Origin: a candidate division WOR-3 bacterium
Lineage (GTDB): Bacteria; Hydrothermota; 32-111
NCBI GenBank assembly: GCA_039804105.1
Contig: JBDRZU010000001.1
Coordinates: 992,001 to 1,056,000 of the forward strand
DNA: 64,000 bases
Reading direction: 5' to 3'
Shown here: piece by piece, positions 10,489 to 20,538 of the stretch
Layout of the letters: each line of letters opens with the position of its first letter
How positions within the stretch are numbered: position 1 is the stretch's first letter
Notes under the pieces: model-generated
Told to the model about the DNA's origin: nothing
Seen by the model: only the letters and a program-made list of their open reading frames with translations
Database searches by the model: none
Translations under genes and position numbers: made by a program

Positions 10489-11620
10489 TCATTACCTCCC
10501 GAATCTTTGATAAAATCTCAGTTGGAGTTATAAATTCTCCATTTGCTTTTCCAAGAAACTCCACTTTCATCTTCGTTCCACATGCTCCCCTTTCAACTTC
10601 ACCAACGATCTGTCCAAGATTCATTTCAACAACAAGAAACTTTTTACAATGTTTTGAAAGTTTTTTGATCCTATCATAGTTGAATGGCCAGAGTGTAATC
10701 GGTCTGAAAAGTCCTGCCTTAATGTTTTCTCTTCTTGCATCCTTTATAGCCCTCATTGCACTTCTTGCAACTGATCCATAAGCAACAACAATTATTTCAG
10801 CATCATCGGTCATTCTTTCCTCATACCAATCAAAATTTTTCCTATTTTTTAAAATTTTATCTTTCAACCTTTCTTGAAGTTTTTCAACTATATTTGGATT
10901 CGAGGTAGGAAATCCGGTTTCATCATGTGTTAAACCTGTTATATGAAATCTATAACCTTCACCGTATGGAGCAAGTGGTGGAACAAGCCCATATTTGTTA
11001 TCAAAAGGTTTATATTGTTCACTCTGAACTGACGGCTTTACTCTATCTATTATCTTATAATTTTTTGCTTCATCGAGTATAACTTTTTCTCTCATATGAG
11101 CGATTATTTCATCTGTAAGAAGTATTACAGGTGTTCGATACATTTCAGACAGATTAAATGCTTCAAAAGTCAATTTAAAAGTTTCCTGTACTGAACACGG
11201 AGTTAAAACAATGATCTGATGGTCTCCATGGGTTCCCCATCTTGCCTGCATCACATCACCCTGTGAAGGATAAGTTGGCATTCCAGTTGAAGGTCCTCCC
11301 CTCATAACATTAACTATCACAACCGGAATCTCCCCCATTATAGCATAACCGATATGCTCCTGTTTTAAAGAGAATCCGGGCCCACTCGTTGCTGTCATTG
11401 ATTTTACCCCAGTTAAAGATGCACCTATTGCAGCACCTATTCCTGCAATTTCATCCTCCATCTGGATGAATTTACCTCCAACTTTTGGAAGTTCTTTTGA
11501 CATCCCTTCAGCGATTTCTGAAGAAGGAGTAATTGGATAACCTGCATAAAATTTACATCCACACATTATTGCAGCTTTTACAACCGCTTCATTTCCTGAT
11601 ATCAATTCTATATTTGACAT
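10481..11620 (-). CDS. korA: 2-oxoacid:ferredoxin oxidoreductase alpha subunit
   Basis: YAGYPITPSSE, QMEDE, ATSGPGFSL, RGGPSTG. Confidence 0.93.
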   Translation of the reverse strand: MSNIELISGNEAVVKAAIMCGCKFYAGYPITPSSEIAEGMSKELPKVGGKFIQMEDEIAGIGAAIGASLTGVKSMTATSGPGFSLKQEHIGYAIMGEIPVVIVNVMRGGPSTGMPTYPSQGDVMQARWGTHGDHQIIVLTPCSVQETFKLTFEAFNLSEMYRTPVILLTDEIIAHMREKVILDEAKNYKIIDRVKPSVQSEQYKPFDNKYGLVPPLAPYGEGYRFHITGLTHDETGFPTSNPNIVEKLQERLKDKILKNRKNFDWYEERMTDDAEIIVVAYGSVARSAMRAIKDARRENIKAGLFRPITLWPFNYDRIKKLSKHCKKFLVVEMNLGQIVGEVERGACGTKMKVEFLGKANGEFITPTEILSKIREVMNV

Positions 11621-12123
11621 TATTTCTCCTGTTTTATCATTGTTTTTCCATTTTTATCTATAAAAACTATCAGTGGAAACCCATCTATTTTCGCTTTGAA
11701 AAGTGCTTCACTCTTAAATTCTTTGAAAAGAACAGGTTCAATATGTTTTACTCTACTACCATACAAACTTCCAAGTCCACCAAATGCTAAAAAATATATT
11801 TTACCATATTTTTTATGTATATCAATATTTCTTTCTCCTTTACCTATGGTTCCTAAAATTCCATTTTCAAAAAGAAATGGTAAAAATCTATCCATTCTTT
11901 TTGAAGTCGTTGGACCAAAAGAAAAAAAACCTTTTTCATTTTTTTCTGTTGGTCCCGCATGATAAATAATACTATTTTTCAAAAAATCTGGAAAAATATT
12001 TTTTTTTTCCATAACTTTTAAAACTCTATCCCTTGCAACGAAGATTTCTCCTGATAATAATATACATTCTCCACTTTTGAGTTTTTTTATTTTTTCAATT
12101 TCAAAACTGTTCAATTCTTTCAT
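11620..12123 (-). CDS. Fe-S fumarate/tartrate hydratase beta subunit
   Basis: ARD, YHAGP, GPTTSKRMD, IGKG. Confidence 0.85.
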   Translation of the reverse strand: MKELNSFEIEKIKKLKSGECILLSGEIFVARDRVLKVMEKKNIFPDFLKNSIIYHAGPTEKNEKGFFSFGPTTSKRMDRFLPFLFENGILGTIGKGERNIDIHKKYGKIYFLAFGGLGSLYGSRVKHIEPVLFKEFKSEALFKAKIDGFPLIVFIDKNGKTMIKQEK

Positions 12124-12932
12124 AGATATATAACACCAATCCTTTCCTGATAACAGTTAAACTGAATCGACAACGGAAATGTTGCAATATGTCTTTCACC
12201 AAAAATAACTCTGCAATCAAGAACCGTTTTACCAAAACCCAATCCCATAAAGCCCGTTTTTATATCAAGCGATTTTTCTAATACTTTTTCACTAATCCTT
12301 TTTTCAAAATACTTTTTGTTATGAAAAAATTTTCCTGTCAAAGCCAATTTTGAAAGCATTACAGATTCTAAACTACTTTTTCCTGAACCAATTCCAAGAA
12401 TATAAGGTGGACAACCTCTATCTTTTGCATCTTTAACACTCTCTATGATTTTAAAAACAATTTCATCCTCTGTTGTTGAAGGATTCAACATAAAAAGTTT
12501 TGAAAGATTTTCACTTCCACCACCTTTTGCCAGCAAAACAATTTTTACATTTTTTCTTTTTCTTTGAAAAATATAAACAGATGGAGAGTTTGAATATTTA
12601 CCATTATTATCAACTATCGAGTATCTTAAACCTAAAAGTTTTGTTTCTTTGTTCAAACTTTTTCGCAATTCACTTTCAAGATCAAATCCAAAACAAAAAT
12701 TTTCTGGAATTTCTATAAAAACCGAAAGATGGCCTGTGTCCTGACATAAAGGTGTTTTATTTTTTATTGATAATAGGTTATTTTCTTTATAGGAATCTAT
12801 AAAAAATTTTTCAACTTCGTTTGAAGTTTTTTGATTTTCAATTTTCTTTTTTACAAAAGAGGAAGGTTTTAAATTTATATTTTGATATAATTGAATAATT
12901 TTTCCAACAACACTTTTATCTATCTTTTTCAA
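12120..12932 (-). CDS. Fe-S fumarate/tartrate hydratase alpha subunit
   Basis: PLCQDTG, KGGGSEN, CPP, HIA, C-terminal Cys. Confidence 0.85.
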   Translation of the reverse strand: MKKIDKSVVGKIIQLYQNINLKPSSFVKKKIENQKTSNEVEKFFIDSYKENNLLSIKNKTPLCQDTGHLSVFIEIPENFCFGFDLESELRKSLNKETKLLGLRYSIVDNNGKYSNSPSVYIFQRKRKNVKIVLLAKGGGSENLSKLFMLNPSTTEDEIVFKIIESVKDAKDRGCPPYILGIGSGKSSLESVMLSKLALTGKFFHNKKYFEKRISEKVLEKSLDIKTGFMGLGFGKTVLDCRVIFGERHIATFPLSIQFNCYQERIGVIYL

Positions 12933-12949
12933 GAGAAACCCACTTGAAA

Positions 12950-13171
12950 TTATTTAACTTCTTCTTTCTGCTCTTCACATGTATGAACCTGAATTGCAAA
13001 ATCAGGACATCTGAGTTCGCACATATGGCAACCGATGCAATCATCAGGTCTTGCAGCAACTACTTTTCTGTCCTCTCCAATCTCAAGGACCTTTTTTGGA
13101 CAGTAGTGAACACAAAGAGAACATCCTTTACAAAGATTTTTAAAAATTTTATGTGTATATCTTTTTTTCAT
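12950..13171 (-). CDS. korD: 2x[4Fe-4S] ferredoxin, oxidoreductase delta subunit
   Basis: CKGCSLCVHYCP and CIGCHMCELRCPDFAI. Confidence 0.88.
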   Translation of the reverse strand: MKKRYTHKIFKNLCKGCSLCVHYCPKKVLEIGEDRKVVAARPDDCIGCHMCELRCPDFAIQVHTCEEQKEEVK

Positions 13172-13228
13172 AAAACCTCATTTTGTTAGTTTTATGATTT
13201 TATAAAACCATAGATTAAAGTCAATAGT

Positions 13229-15520
13229 TTAGTTGTCTTTATCTTTAAAAGTGTTGGGCAAAATGAAAAGAAAGAGTGAAAATAATGAAAGCTTTATATA
13301 TGATTCTGGAAGCATCGGAATGCCATTTGTGAACGCTAAAAACCATAAAAATATAAGAAGATTTAGCCATGCTAATAATATAAAAATGCTTTTCACAAAA
13401 GATGGAAGAAAAATGATATTTTTTAAAATTGAAACAACAACAAAAAATATTATTAAAAATATCAGAGATTGAATTATGTTAAACCTTAAAAAGTAAAGAG
13501 GATTCTGTATTTTTTCATATTTAAGTATCAAAAAATTCAACCTATCAAAAAAATCTCCCTTTTCATTTATTATCATATTGTAAGTTAAATTATCAAAACT
13601 TTCTTTTTTTCCTGTTATAAAATAATAGCCATATTTTACTTTTTCGTTTTTTATACTACCAAGTAATTTTATCTCTTTTTCTTTTTCCTGCTTCATATTC
13701 AATCTATCATATATACCTGCAAAAGTTGTTGTTCCCCAAAAATTGACTCTAAAATTTGTGTCCTTAACACTTTTTTGATAAAGCAATATTGAAGAAAAAA
13801 TTATTATAAAAAGATAAAAAAGCCCAGGAATTATTTTGAAAAAGTTTAAAATTTTCCTATTTTTTCTTTGTTTTGAAATAATCTGTCCTACTCTTTTCGG
13901 ATCATCCCACAAGTTTTCAACTTCATCACTTGATTTCAGATTTATTGATTGTTCAAAACCTAAAATTTTCTTTAAAATTTTAACAGATTTCAAATCGATC
14001 TCATTTTTTTCAAGTATTGATATTATTTTTCTGTTTTCAATACTGGTGAGTTGATCCTTTTCTGAATATCTTTCAAGAAGAATTCTCAAACAGGTAATTT
14101 TATCCTTTTCTGACAATCCTGAACTATAAACAAAAATAGTTATATTTCTTATCACTTTTACTTCATTATTCGAACTCTTTGTTAAATCTATATATTCATC
14201 TATAAAACTTATAAATTCTCCGTTCAGCATTAAATCGATTATTTTGTTCTCAGCGGCAGTAGATTTTCGTGATAGATATTTGAAAAGAAAACTTTTTAAA
14301 TTGTTAACAGTTATTTTTTTCCCAAAAATAACAAAAGGCAAACTTTTATTGTATTGATAGATCAACCTCATTATTTTTAAATCTTCATTTATACCCGAAT
14401 CTTTTAAACTTTGAATGAATTTTAAATCTTTTTTCTGTTTATTGAAATCACAAACTGATGAAAATTCACCTCGACCGAGATTTTTAATCGCCAAATTCCA
14501 GTTTTCTTCATTTTCAGCAATCCCATAAGAAAGATCTTTTAAAGAATTATAAAATTTCCCATTTAACTCAAAAGGTTTTGTTATACTTTCAGTTTCATCT
14601 TCCTCAACAACTTTTTCTATTTTTCCGATTATCCAATTATTGACCTGCTGAAAACCCCATCTTTTTTCGTAATCTCTAAGAAGTAATCCTTTTATCAGGA
14701 TTCTTAAATTTTGATCTATTTTTTCAGGTATCTCTATATTTTTTGTTGTGATATTCACAAAAACTACTTGTTGCGTAGCACCTTTAAAAGGTAACTCACC
14801 AAAAACCAACTCATAAAGAGTCATTCCCAATGTCCAATAATCCGATTCTTTTCTCATAGCACCAGATAACATTTCTGGAGACATATAACTTGTTGTTCCT
14901 CTGACCTGTGTGAACCTCATAGTTTGTTCATCATCAAGAAGGTTTGAAATTCCAAAATCAGAAAATATTACAGATTTAATATTGTCATTTCTTAACAATA
15001 GATTTGATGGTTTCAGATCAAGATAGATTATTCCTTCATCATGTAAAATTTTTAACCCTTTATTAACCTTTTTAACAAATTCTTTAGTTTCATTGAGCGA
15101 TAATTTTCTTTTTTTAACAAAATCTTTTAATGTCCCCGCTTGAGCGTACTCCATTACTTCATAATATCTTTCATTAACATCATCATATTCGAACTCATAA
15201 ATTTGAACAAAAAAATCTTTATTATTTTTGCTTAGGTTCATTATCTTTTTTATAACTTCACTCTTGGGTACTATGCCCTTTCTATAAAATTTTAGAAAAT
15301 ATTTTTCATTGTTCTTTGAAACAAGATATGTATCCGATTCTCCTCCTTGAGCAGGGAATTCCTTTTCAATGATATAATCTTTAATCTTTGTAGGTCTGAC
15401 AGAATTTTCTTGAACATTTTCTTTTCTTGACACTGAATAATTTTTTACTATTGTTTTTTCATCTTGTAAAATTTCATTATTTTCAAAATTTTTCCTTATA
15501 GTTTTATCATTATCAAACAT
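13229..15520 (-). CDS. Hanks-type Ser/Thr protein kinase with C-terminal TM helices
   Basis: QGGESDTY, FLKFY, YLDLKPSN, DFG, GTTSYMSPE, SDYWTLG; hydrophobic segments near the C-terminus. Confidence 0.9.
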   Translation of the reverse strand: MFDNDKTIRKNFENNEILQDEKTIVKNYSVSRKENVQENSVRPTKIKDYIIEKEFPAQGGESDTYLVSKNNEKYFLKFYRKGIVPKSEVIKKIMNLSKNNKDFFVQIYEFEYDDVNERYYEVMEYAQAGTLKDFVKKRKLSLNETKEFVKKVNKGLKILHDEGIIYLDLKPSNLLLRNDNIKSVIFSDFGISNLLDDEQTMRFTQVRGTTSYMSPEMLSGAMRKESDYWTLGMTLYELVFGELPFKGATQQVVFVNITTKNIEIPEKIDQNLRILIKGLLLRDYEKRWGFQQVNNWIIGKIEKVVEEDETESITKPFELNGKFYNSLKDLSYGIAENEENWNLAIKNLGRGEFSSVCDFNKQKKDLKFIQSLKDSGINEDLKIMRLIYQYNKSLPFVIFGKKITVNNLKSFLFKYLSRKSTAAENKIIDLMLNGEFISFIDEYIDLTKSSNNEVKVIRNITIFVYSSGLSEKDKITCLRILLERYSEKDQLTSIENRKIISILEKNEIDLKSVKILKKILGFEQSINLKSSDEVENLWDDPKRVGQIISKQRKNRKILNFFKIIPGLFYLFIIIFSSILLYQKSVKDTNFRVNFWGTTTFAGIYDRLNMKQEKEKEIKLLGSIKNEKVKYGYYFITGKKESFDNLTYNMIINEKGDFFDRLNFLILKYEKIQNPLYFLRFNIIQSLIFLIIFFVVVSILKNIIFLPSFVKSIFILLAWLNLLIFLWFLAFTNGIPMLPESYIKLSLFSLFLFILPNTFKDKDN

Positions 15521-15523
15521 CTA

Positions 15524-15964
15524 TTACCCCTCCTTTTCCACCTCTATTAAAAGGTCCCCGGCAAGTGAGATTTTATCTCCTTCTTTAATTTTATATTGTT
15601 TGTATTCTTCACATTTTTTTTCGTTTAAAAATGTTCCATTTGAACTTCCAAGATCCTCGATGAACCATTCGTTTCCTTTTTTCTCAACTCTAATATGTTC
15701 TCGTGATACTGTTTTTATATTTGAACAATCAATCTTTACCCCTTTTCGACCAATGATATCTCCACTTTCAATCTCAAATTTTTTGTTCATACAACTAAAA
15801 ATAATCGTTGTAATATTTTCATTTTCTTCTTTAACTACTTTATTATTCAAATCGTTTTCATCAACAGGTGAAATATCCGCAATATTATTATTACATTTTG
15901 AACAATTCATTTGAGTTATTTCATTCTTTTCATTACAAACTGGACAGATTTTTATCAATCCCAT
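15524..15964 (-). CDS. Zinc-ribbon + FHA domain protein
   Basis: CPVC...CSKC; IGR, VSREH, DLGSSNGT. Confidence 0.9.
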   Translation of the reverse strand: MGLIKICPVCNEKNEITQMNCSKCNNNIADISPVDENDLNNKVVKEENENITTIIFSCMNKKFEIESGDIIGRKGVKIDCSNIKTVSREHIRVEKKGNEWFIEDLGSSNGTFLNEKKCEEYKQYKIKEGDKISLAGDLLIEVEKEG

Positions 15965-15972
15965 AAAAACCT

Positions 15973-16527
15973 CTATTTTGGTATTCCTGAAATTATAAAC
16001 TCGTTTTCAAACTTAAATTTCTGAAAAATATTGTTTTTTCTTGTTCTTCTATATTTTTCATATTTTTCCCTTATCATATTTTTCTTGCTCAAAATTATCA
16101 TTTTTTGATTGTTCGATCCTCTCCAGATAAGGTTCGATTTTTTATCTTTTATGTAATTTCCATCGATTAAAACTGAAATATATTTCAAACAAGTTTTAAA
16201 ATTATTCCTTATATTCTCAAATCTATAACCGGTGTAAACTAAAATGTCATCATATTCTTGTTTTATTTCTTTTAATAGGATCAAAAGAGATGAATACTGT
16301 AAAAAAGGTTCTCCACCCGATATTGTTATTCCTTCACAACCAGATTTTTTAGATACAATCATTTTTTTTATCAGATCCTCAACCAAAATTTCAAAGCCAC
16401 CTTTTTTATCCCATGTGTGTTGTGACATACATCCCTTACATCTTATATCACATCCCTGTGTCCATAGAACAAACCTTTTCCCGGGTCCAAGATTGTAAAT
16501 TGGAAAATAAAAAGCACTTATTCTCAT
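15973..16527 (-). CDS. Radical SAM protein, NrdG-like activase fold
   Basis: WTQGCDIRCKGC (CxxxCxxC), TISGGEPF, YTGY, RGSNNQ. ATGA overlap with upstream stop supports start 16527. Confidence 0.85.
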   Translation of the reverse strand: MRISAFYFPIYNLGPGKRFVLWTQGCDIRCKGCMSQHTWDKKGGFEILVEDLIKKMIVSKKSGCEGITISGGEPFLQYSSLLILLKEIKQEYDDILVYTGYRFENIRNNFKTCLKYISVLIDGNYIKDKKSNLIWRGSNNQKMIILSKKNMIREKYEKYRRTRKNNIFQKFKFENEFIISGIPK

Positions 16528-18347
16528 CTTTTTATTAACATTTTCCATCTGTTATCTTCCTTGACTATTTTTTCTATAATTAAATTTTCTCCTTCCTTTG
16601 ACTCTATTTCAAACAGAGTTCTTGAAAGTGTATTTATGAAAACATCTTCTATAACATTTCCTATTCCCCTTCCTCCCATCGATAAATCTTTTGTCGCTTC
16701 AGAATACACAGTTCCTAATGCTTCAGATGTTAAATTTACTGTTATCTTTTTTGTATCCAGAAGTTTGTCTTTTACTCTATTTATCATCTTATTCACGATA
16801 TTCAATGCAACATCTTTCCTGATAAAATCGAACACAACAATATTTTCACCAATTCTGTTTAAAATTTCTGCTCTATTTATTTTATACTTGAAAAAGTCAT
16901 TTATAGCATCTTTAATTCTTTTTTCTATTTCAGAATATTCCATCTCCGGACTTATTCTTTGTATTCTTGTTCCATCATCTTTTCTTTCATAGACACCAAG
17001 ATTACTTGTAAAAATTATCAAAGATTCAGAAAAATAGGCAAGTTCTCCCCTTCCAGAAGTTAATCGACCATCATCTAGTATTTGTAAAAATATATCGAGT
17101 ATTTTACTATGTGCCTTTTCTATCTCATCAAAAAGTATCACGGAAAATGGTTTTGCTTTTATCGAATTAATAAGTTCTCCCCCTGTTTCATATCCAACAT
17201 AACCGGGAGGAGCACCTATCAACCTCTGGTCCGAGTGTTCTTTTGAAAATTCACTCATATCAAATCTTATATAACTTGTCTCATTCCCAAAAATCAATTT
17301 TGTAATTGACTTTGCAAGTTCTGTCTTCCCAACTCCTGTTGGTCCTGCAAAAAACAAAACACCTTTTGGCCTCTGTGAAATAGAGGAATATTGTGAACCT
17401 GATAGATTGAACACTGATCTTTTGATTATATCTGCTGCTTTAGTCACGGCTTTTTCCTGTCCAAAAACATCTTTTTTCAAAATATCTTCACTCTTTTTTA
17501 TAACTTCGAGGTTTAATTTCGACCATGGGTTCTCTTCAATGCCAAGTTTATATCTTCTGATCGCTTCTCCTATTTCAAAAAAAGAAAGGTTTTCTTTTTT
17601 TGCGATCGATACAATCGATGCTATTTCCTGTCCTTGTAATTCTGTTGTTTGACCTATAAAGATTTCCTTAATCTCATTTACTTTTTGATTGTTTTCTTCA
17701 AACCCTTTTATATTTTTTGATAGTAACTCAACGATAATCTTTCTTGTTTCATAATCTGGCTTTGGGATATTTAACGATTTTATTCGATAATTCCCAATGT
17801 TAAACCAGGCAGGTAGATCATTATCTTTTTCAAGAATCCATAATACAAGGTTATATTGAGCCAAATTTTTCTCTTTGATAAACACTGGCTGACATACAAG
17901 CGATAATCTAAAAAGTTTATAATAAAATTCATCTATCTCATTTCTTGAAAGTTCACCATATCTTGATGAGAAACTCAGTTGTACTATTGATAAAATTTTT
18001 TTATTGTTTACTATTTTTTCTATAATCACTGCAGAATCCTTTAATCCACAATCAAGATAATTCTCTTTATTTATACTGTACCCTGTTATCTCTTTTGCAT
18101 AATCCTCTTTTCCTGAAACTAATTTAAAACCATATTTTGGTTCAAATGAAAATACGAGATCATACCCTTCCTCTTTTAAAACATAGTTCAAATAATCTTT
18201 TAGACCAAGAGTTGTCGGAATCACTGTATTCTGACTGTTCATATAATATGGATAAATATCATAAATGTTACCGCATAGTAAAAATTGAGATTTTATCGAA
18301 CAAAACCTTTTTAACTCTTTTGCCCATTTTGGATAGTAACCTGCCAT
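16524..18347 (-). CDS. AAA+ ATPase with ClpB-D2-like C-terminal module
   Basis: GPTGVGKT, RFDMSEF, LIGAPPGYVGY, LFDEIEKAH, DDGRLT. N-terminal half lacks a Walker A. Start 18347 behind GGAGG. Confidence 0.88.
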   Translation of the reverse strand: MAGYYPKWAKELKRFCSIKSQFLLCGNIYDIYPYYMNSQNTVIPTTLGLKDYLNYVLKEEGYDLVFSFEPKYGFKLVSGKEDYAKEITGYSINKENYLDCGLKDSAVIIEKIVNNKKILSIVQLSFSSRYGELSRNEIDEFYYKLFRLSLVCQPVFIKEKNLAQYNLVLWILEKDNDLPAWFNIGNYRIKSLNIPKPDYETRKIIVELLSKNIKGFEENNQKVNEIKEIFIGQTTELQGQEIASIVSIAKKENLSFFEIGEAIRRYKLGIEENPWSKLNLEVIKKSEDILKKDVFGQEKAVTKAADIIKRSVFNLSGSQYSSISQRPKGVLFFAGPTGVGKTELAKSITKLIFGNETSYIRFDMSEFSKEHSDQRLIGAPPGYVGYETGGELINSIKAKPFSVILFDEIEKAHSKILDIFLQILDDGRLTSGRGELAYFSESLIIFTSNLGVYERKDDGTRIQRISPEMEYSEIEKRIKDAINDFFKYKINRAEILNRIGENIVVFDFIRKDVALNIVNKMINRVKDKLLDTKKITVNLTSEALGTVYSEATKDLSMGGRGIGNVIEDVFINTLSRTLFEIESKEGENLIIEKIVKEDNRWKMLIKR

Positions 18348-18413
18348 TTTTATTTCCTCCCCTTGTACTTTTTTCAATTAAAATAAACTTAAATTTTTCA
18401 TTAAAAGTAAATT

Positions 18414-19781
18414 TTATTCAAAAGAAGATTTTATATTTTTCTTTTCCTCTTGTCTTTTTTCTTTTAGATTTTCTTCTATTAAAACTTCATATTCTATGTT
18501 ATCAAATTCTGGTTCAACTACTATTAGGTCTTCAAACATTATTTCTTCCAAACTTATTTCTTTTAATATGTTTTTGTACAGATTGCACCATTTTCTTGCA
18601 TTATTTTCATCTTCTTTTTTTTCAAAGTCACTGACAGAATCCTTTCTTTTTGTACTTCTTTTTACATACTTTGTAATTATCTTTCCATCACTATAAGATA
18701 CTTTCACAACATATTCACCTTTTTTTATCTCTACATTTTCACCTTCAACAAGTTTTTCAAAAAGTTTTTCATCAAGTATAATCCATCCTTCCTCTTTTAC
18801 TTTTTTTTCAAATAAAGGCAATTTTTCTTTTAACTTGTTTTTTCTTTCCTCTTCATATAAAAATTGTTCAATTTCATCTTCCAACTTTTCATACTGGTTA
18901 GGATCAATTAAATCCTTTCGCATCAAATTCCCTAAATTTCTCATTAAAATCTGGTATTTTTGATTTTTATTTTCAATATTCATAACATTATTTCGATATT
19001 CCGATAATTTTTCTTTCAAAATTTCGTTCATCACAGATATTTTTTTTATGTTTTCAAAGTTGTAAACAAGTTGTGTATATAATGTATCAACTCTTGTTTT
19101 ATTGTCTGACTTCAAAATCTCTTCAAGAATTTTTTGATTTTCATTTTCATCTGATCCAGTAAAATTCTTTATTTTTTCATATATTAATTTTGCTTTTTCC
19201 TTTTTTTGTTGTAATTGAAGATTTTCATTTTTTGCATAAGAAATGTTTGAAATAACTTTTTCTTCTTTCAAATTCGAACCTTTCATTGCCAGATAGTTTT
19301 GATACTTATTCACTATATCATCATTTTTGATTTTTAGTTTCTCAAGTTTTTGTTTTTGTATATAAATATCTTTTTCATTTTTAATTTCATCAAGTTCTTT
19401 TTTTATTACATTTACCTCATTAAAAAAAATATTTCCAATATCACCAAAATTCAAATCACTTTCAATCTTTGTTATATTTGCATTGTTATTTAAAATAATT
19501 TCATTTTCCTCATTTTCAATTTTTTTTATTTCAGTAAACAACTTATGAAAATTTCTCCTCATATTTTTTTCAACCTGTTCCATAACGATTGAACTTCTTT
19601 CATATCTAATTTCACTGTTTATTTTTTTAGCAAGATCATTTATCTTAACTTGAATTTCATTTTTTCTTTTATCAGAAATTTTTGATATTTTTCTCTCACA
19701 TTTCATCAAGTTGTTAGTTAAAATGTTCATGATCCTTTTCTTCTCGTTCAAATAAATTCTTGTTTCTACATAACTACTCAT
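18414..19781 (-). CDS. Coiled-coil-rich hypothetical protein
   Basis: 455 aa, E/K-rich; overlaps the PP2C stop. Confidence 0.7.
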   Translation of the reverse strand: MSSYVETRIYLNEKKRIMNILTNNLMKCERKISKISDKRKNEIQVKINDLAKKINSEIRYERSSIVMEQVEKNMRRNFHKLFTEIKKIENEENEIILNNNANITKIESDLNFGDIGNIFFNEVNVIKKELDEIKNEKDIYIQKQKLEKLKIKNDDIVNKYQNYLAMKGSNLKEEKVISNISYAKNENLQLQQKKEKAKLIYEKIKNFTGSDENENQKILEEILKSDNKTRVDTLYTQLVYNFENIKKISVMNEILKEKLSEYRNNVMNIENKNQKYQILMRNLGNLMRKDLIDPNQYEKLEDEIEQFLYEEERKNKLKEKLPLFEKKVKEEGWIILDEKLFEKLVEGENVEIKKGEYVVKVSYSDGKIITKYVKRSTKRKDSVSDFEKKEDENNARKWCNLYKNILKEISLEEIMFEDLIVVEPEFDNIEYEVLIEENLKEKRQEEKKNIKSSFE

Positions 19782-20538
19782 CTAAACACCTCACTATAAT
19801 AAAGGTTATATTATCTTTTCCTCCATTTTCGAGTGCTTTTTCAAGTAAAAATTTTCCTGTTTCTTCAAGATTTTCTTTTTGAAATCCCTCTTCCATTGTA
19901 TCGATTTCTACACTATCCCAGAGTCCATCGGAACATATTAAAAATGTATCTCCCTTTTCAAAACTTTTTTCAACTATATTCATTTGTGGTATATTTCCCG
20001 CTCCGTCCCCTGAAATTGATGAAGTGATAACATTATGGGGAACATTTTCTATCTTGTCAGATATTCCATTATCCTTCATCATTTCAAGAACAGAATGATC
20101 TTTTGATAACCTTTCAAGATATTTACCTGAAAGTTTATAAACTCTTGAATCACCAACATTAAAAACAACGATCTTCTCTTTGTCAAATGTAATTCCTGCA
20201 ACAGTTGTTCCAAGTCCCGATAATTTTTCATCATTTTGGGAAATATTGTCAAGTTCGATTTTTGATGATTTTATAAATTCTTCAATTTTTTTATCATTTT
20301 TTTCTATGATATAACCTCTTAAATGTTCAAGAACGATTTTACTTGCTATTTCTCCTCCCTTATTCCCTCCAATCCCATCAGTCACTGAAAAAATCGTTTT
20401 ACTTTTCTCAAAACAATGCGATGTTACAACCTCCATATTTGTTCTATTAAATATCATATCATCAACAAGTAAAGAATCTTCATTGTTTTCTCTTTTTAAT
20501 CCAATATTGGTAACAAATACCACCTTAAATTTTGTCAT
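19774..20538 (-). CDS. PP2C/PPM Ser/Thr protein phosphatase
   Basis: RENNED, TDGIGG, GTT, NVGDSR, CSDGLWD, GGKDNIT. Confidence 0.92.
   Translation of the reverse strand: MTKFKVVFVTNIGLKRENNEDSLLVDDMIFNRTNMEVVTSHCFEKSKTIFSVTDGIGGNKGGEIASKIVLEHLRGYIIEKNDKKIEEFIKSSKIELDNISQNDEKLSGLGTTVAGITFDKEKIVVFNVGDSRVYKLSGKYLERLSKDHSVLEMMKDNGISDKIENVPHNVITSSISGDGAGNIPQMNIVEKSFEKGDTFLICSDGLWDSVEIDTMEEGFQKENLEETGKFLLEKALENGGKDNITFIIVRCLDE

Noticed and set aside
15973..16527. Calling this nrdG
   Set aside because: No nrdD nearby; it is coupled to the AAA ATPase gene, so only the fold is supported.
16524..18347. Calling this clpB/clpC
   Set aside because: Only one Walker A/B module and no Clp N-domain.
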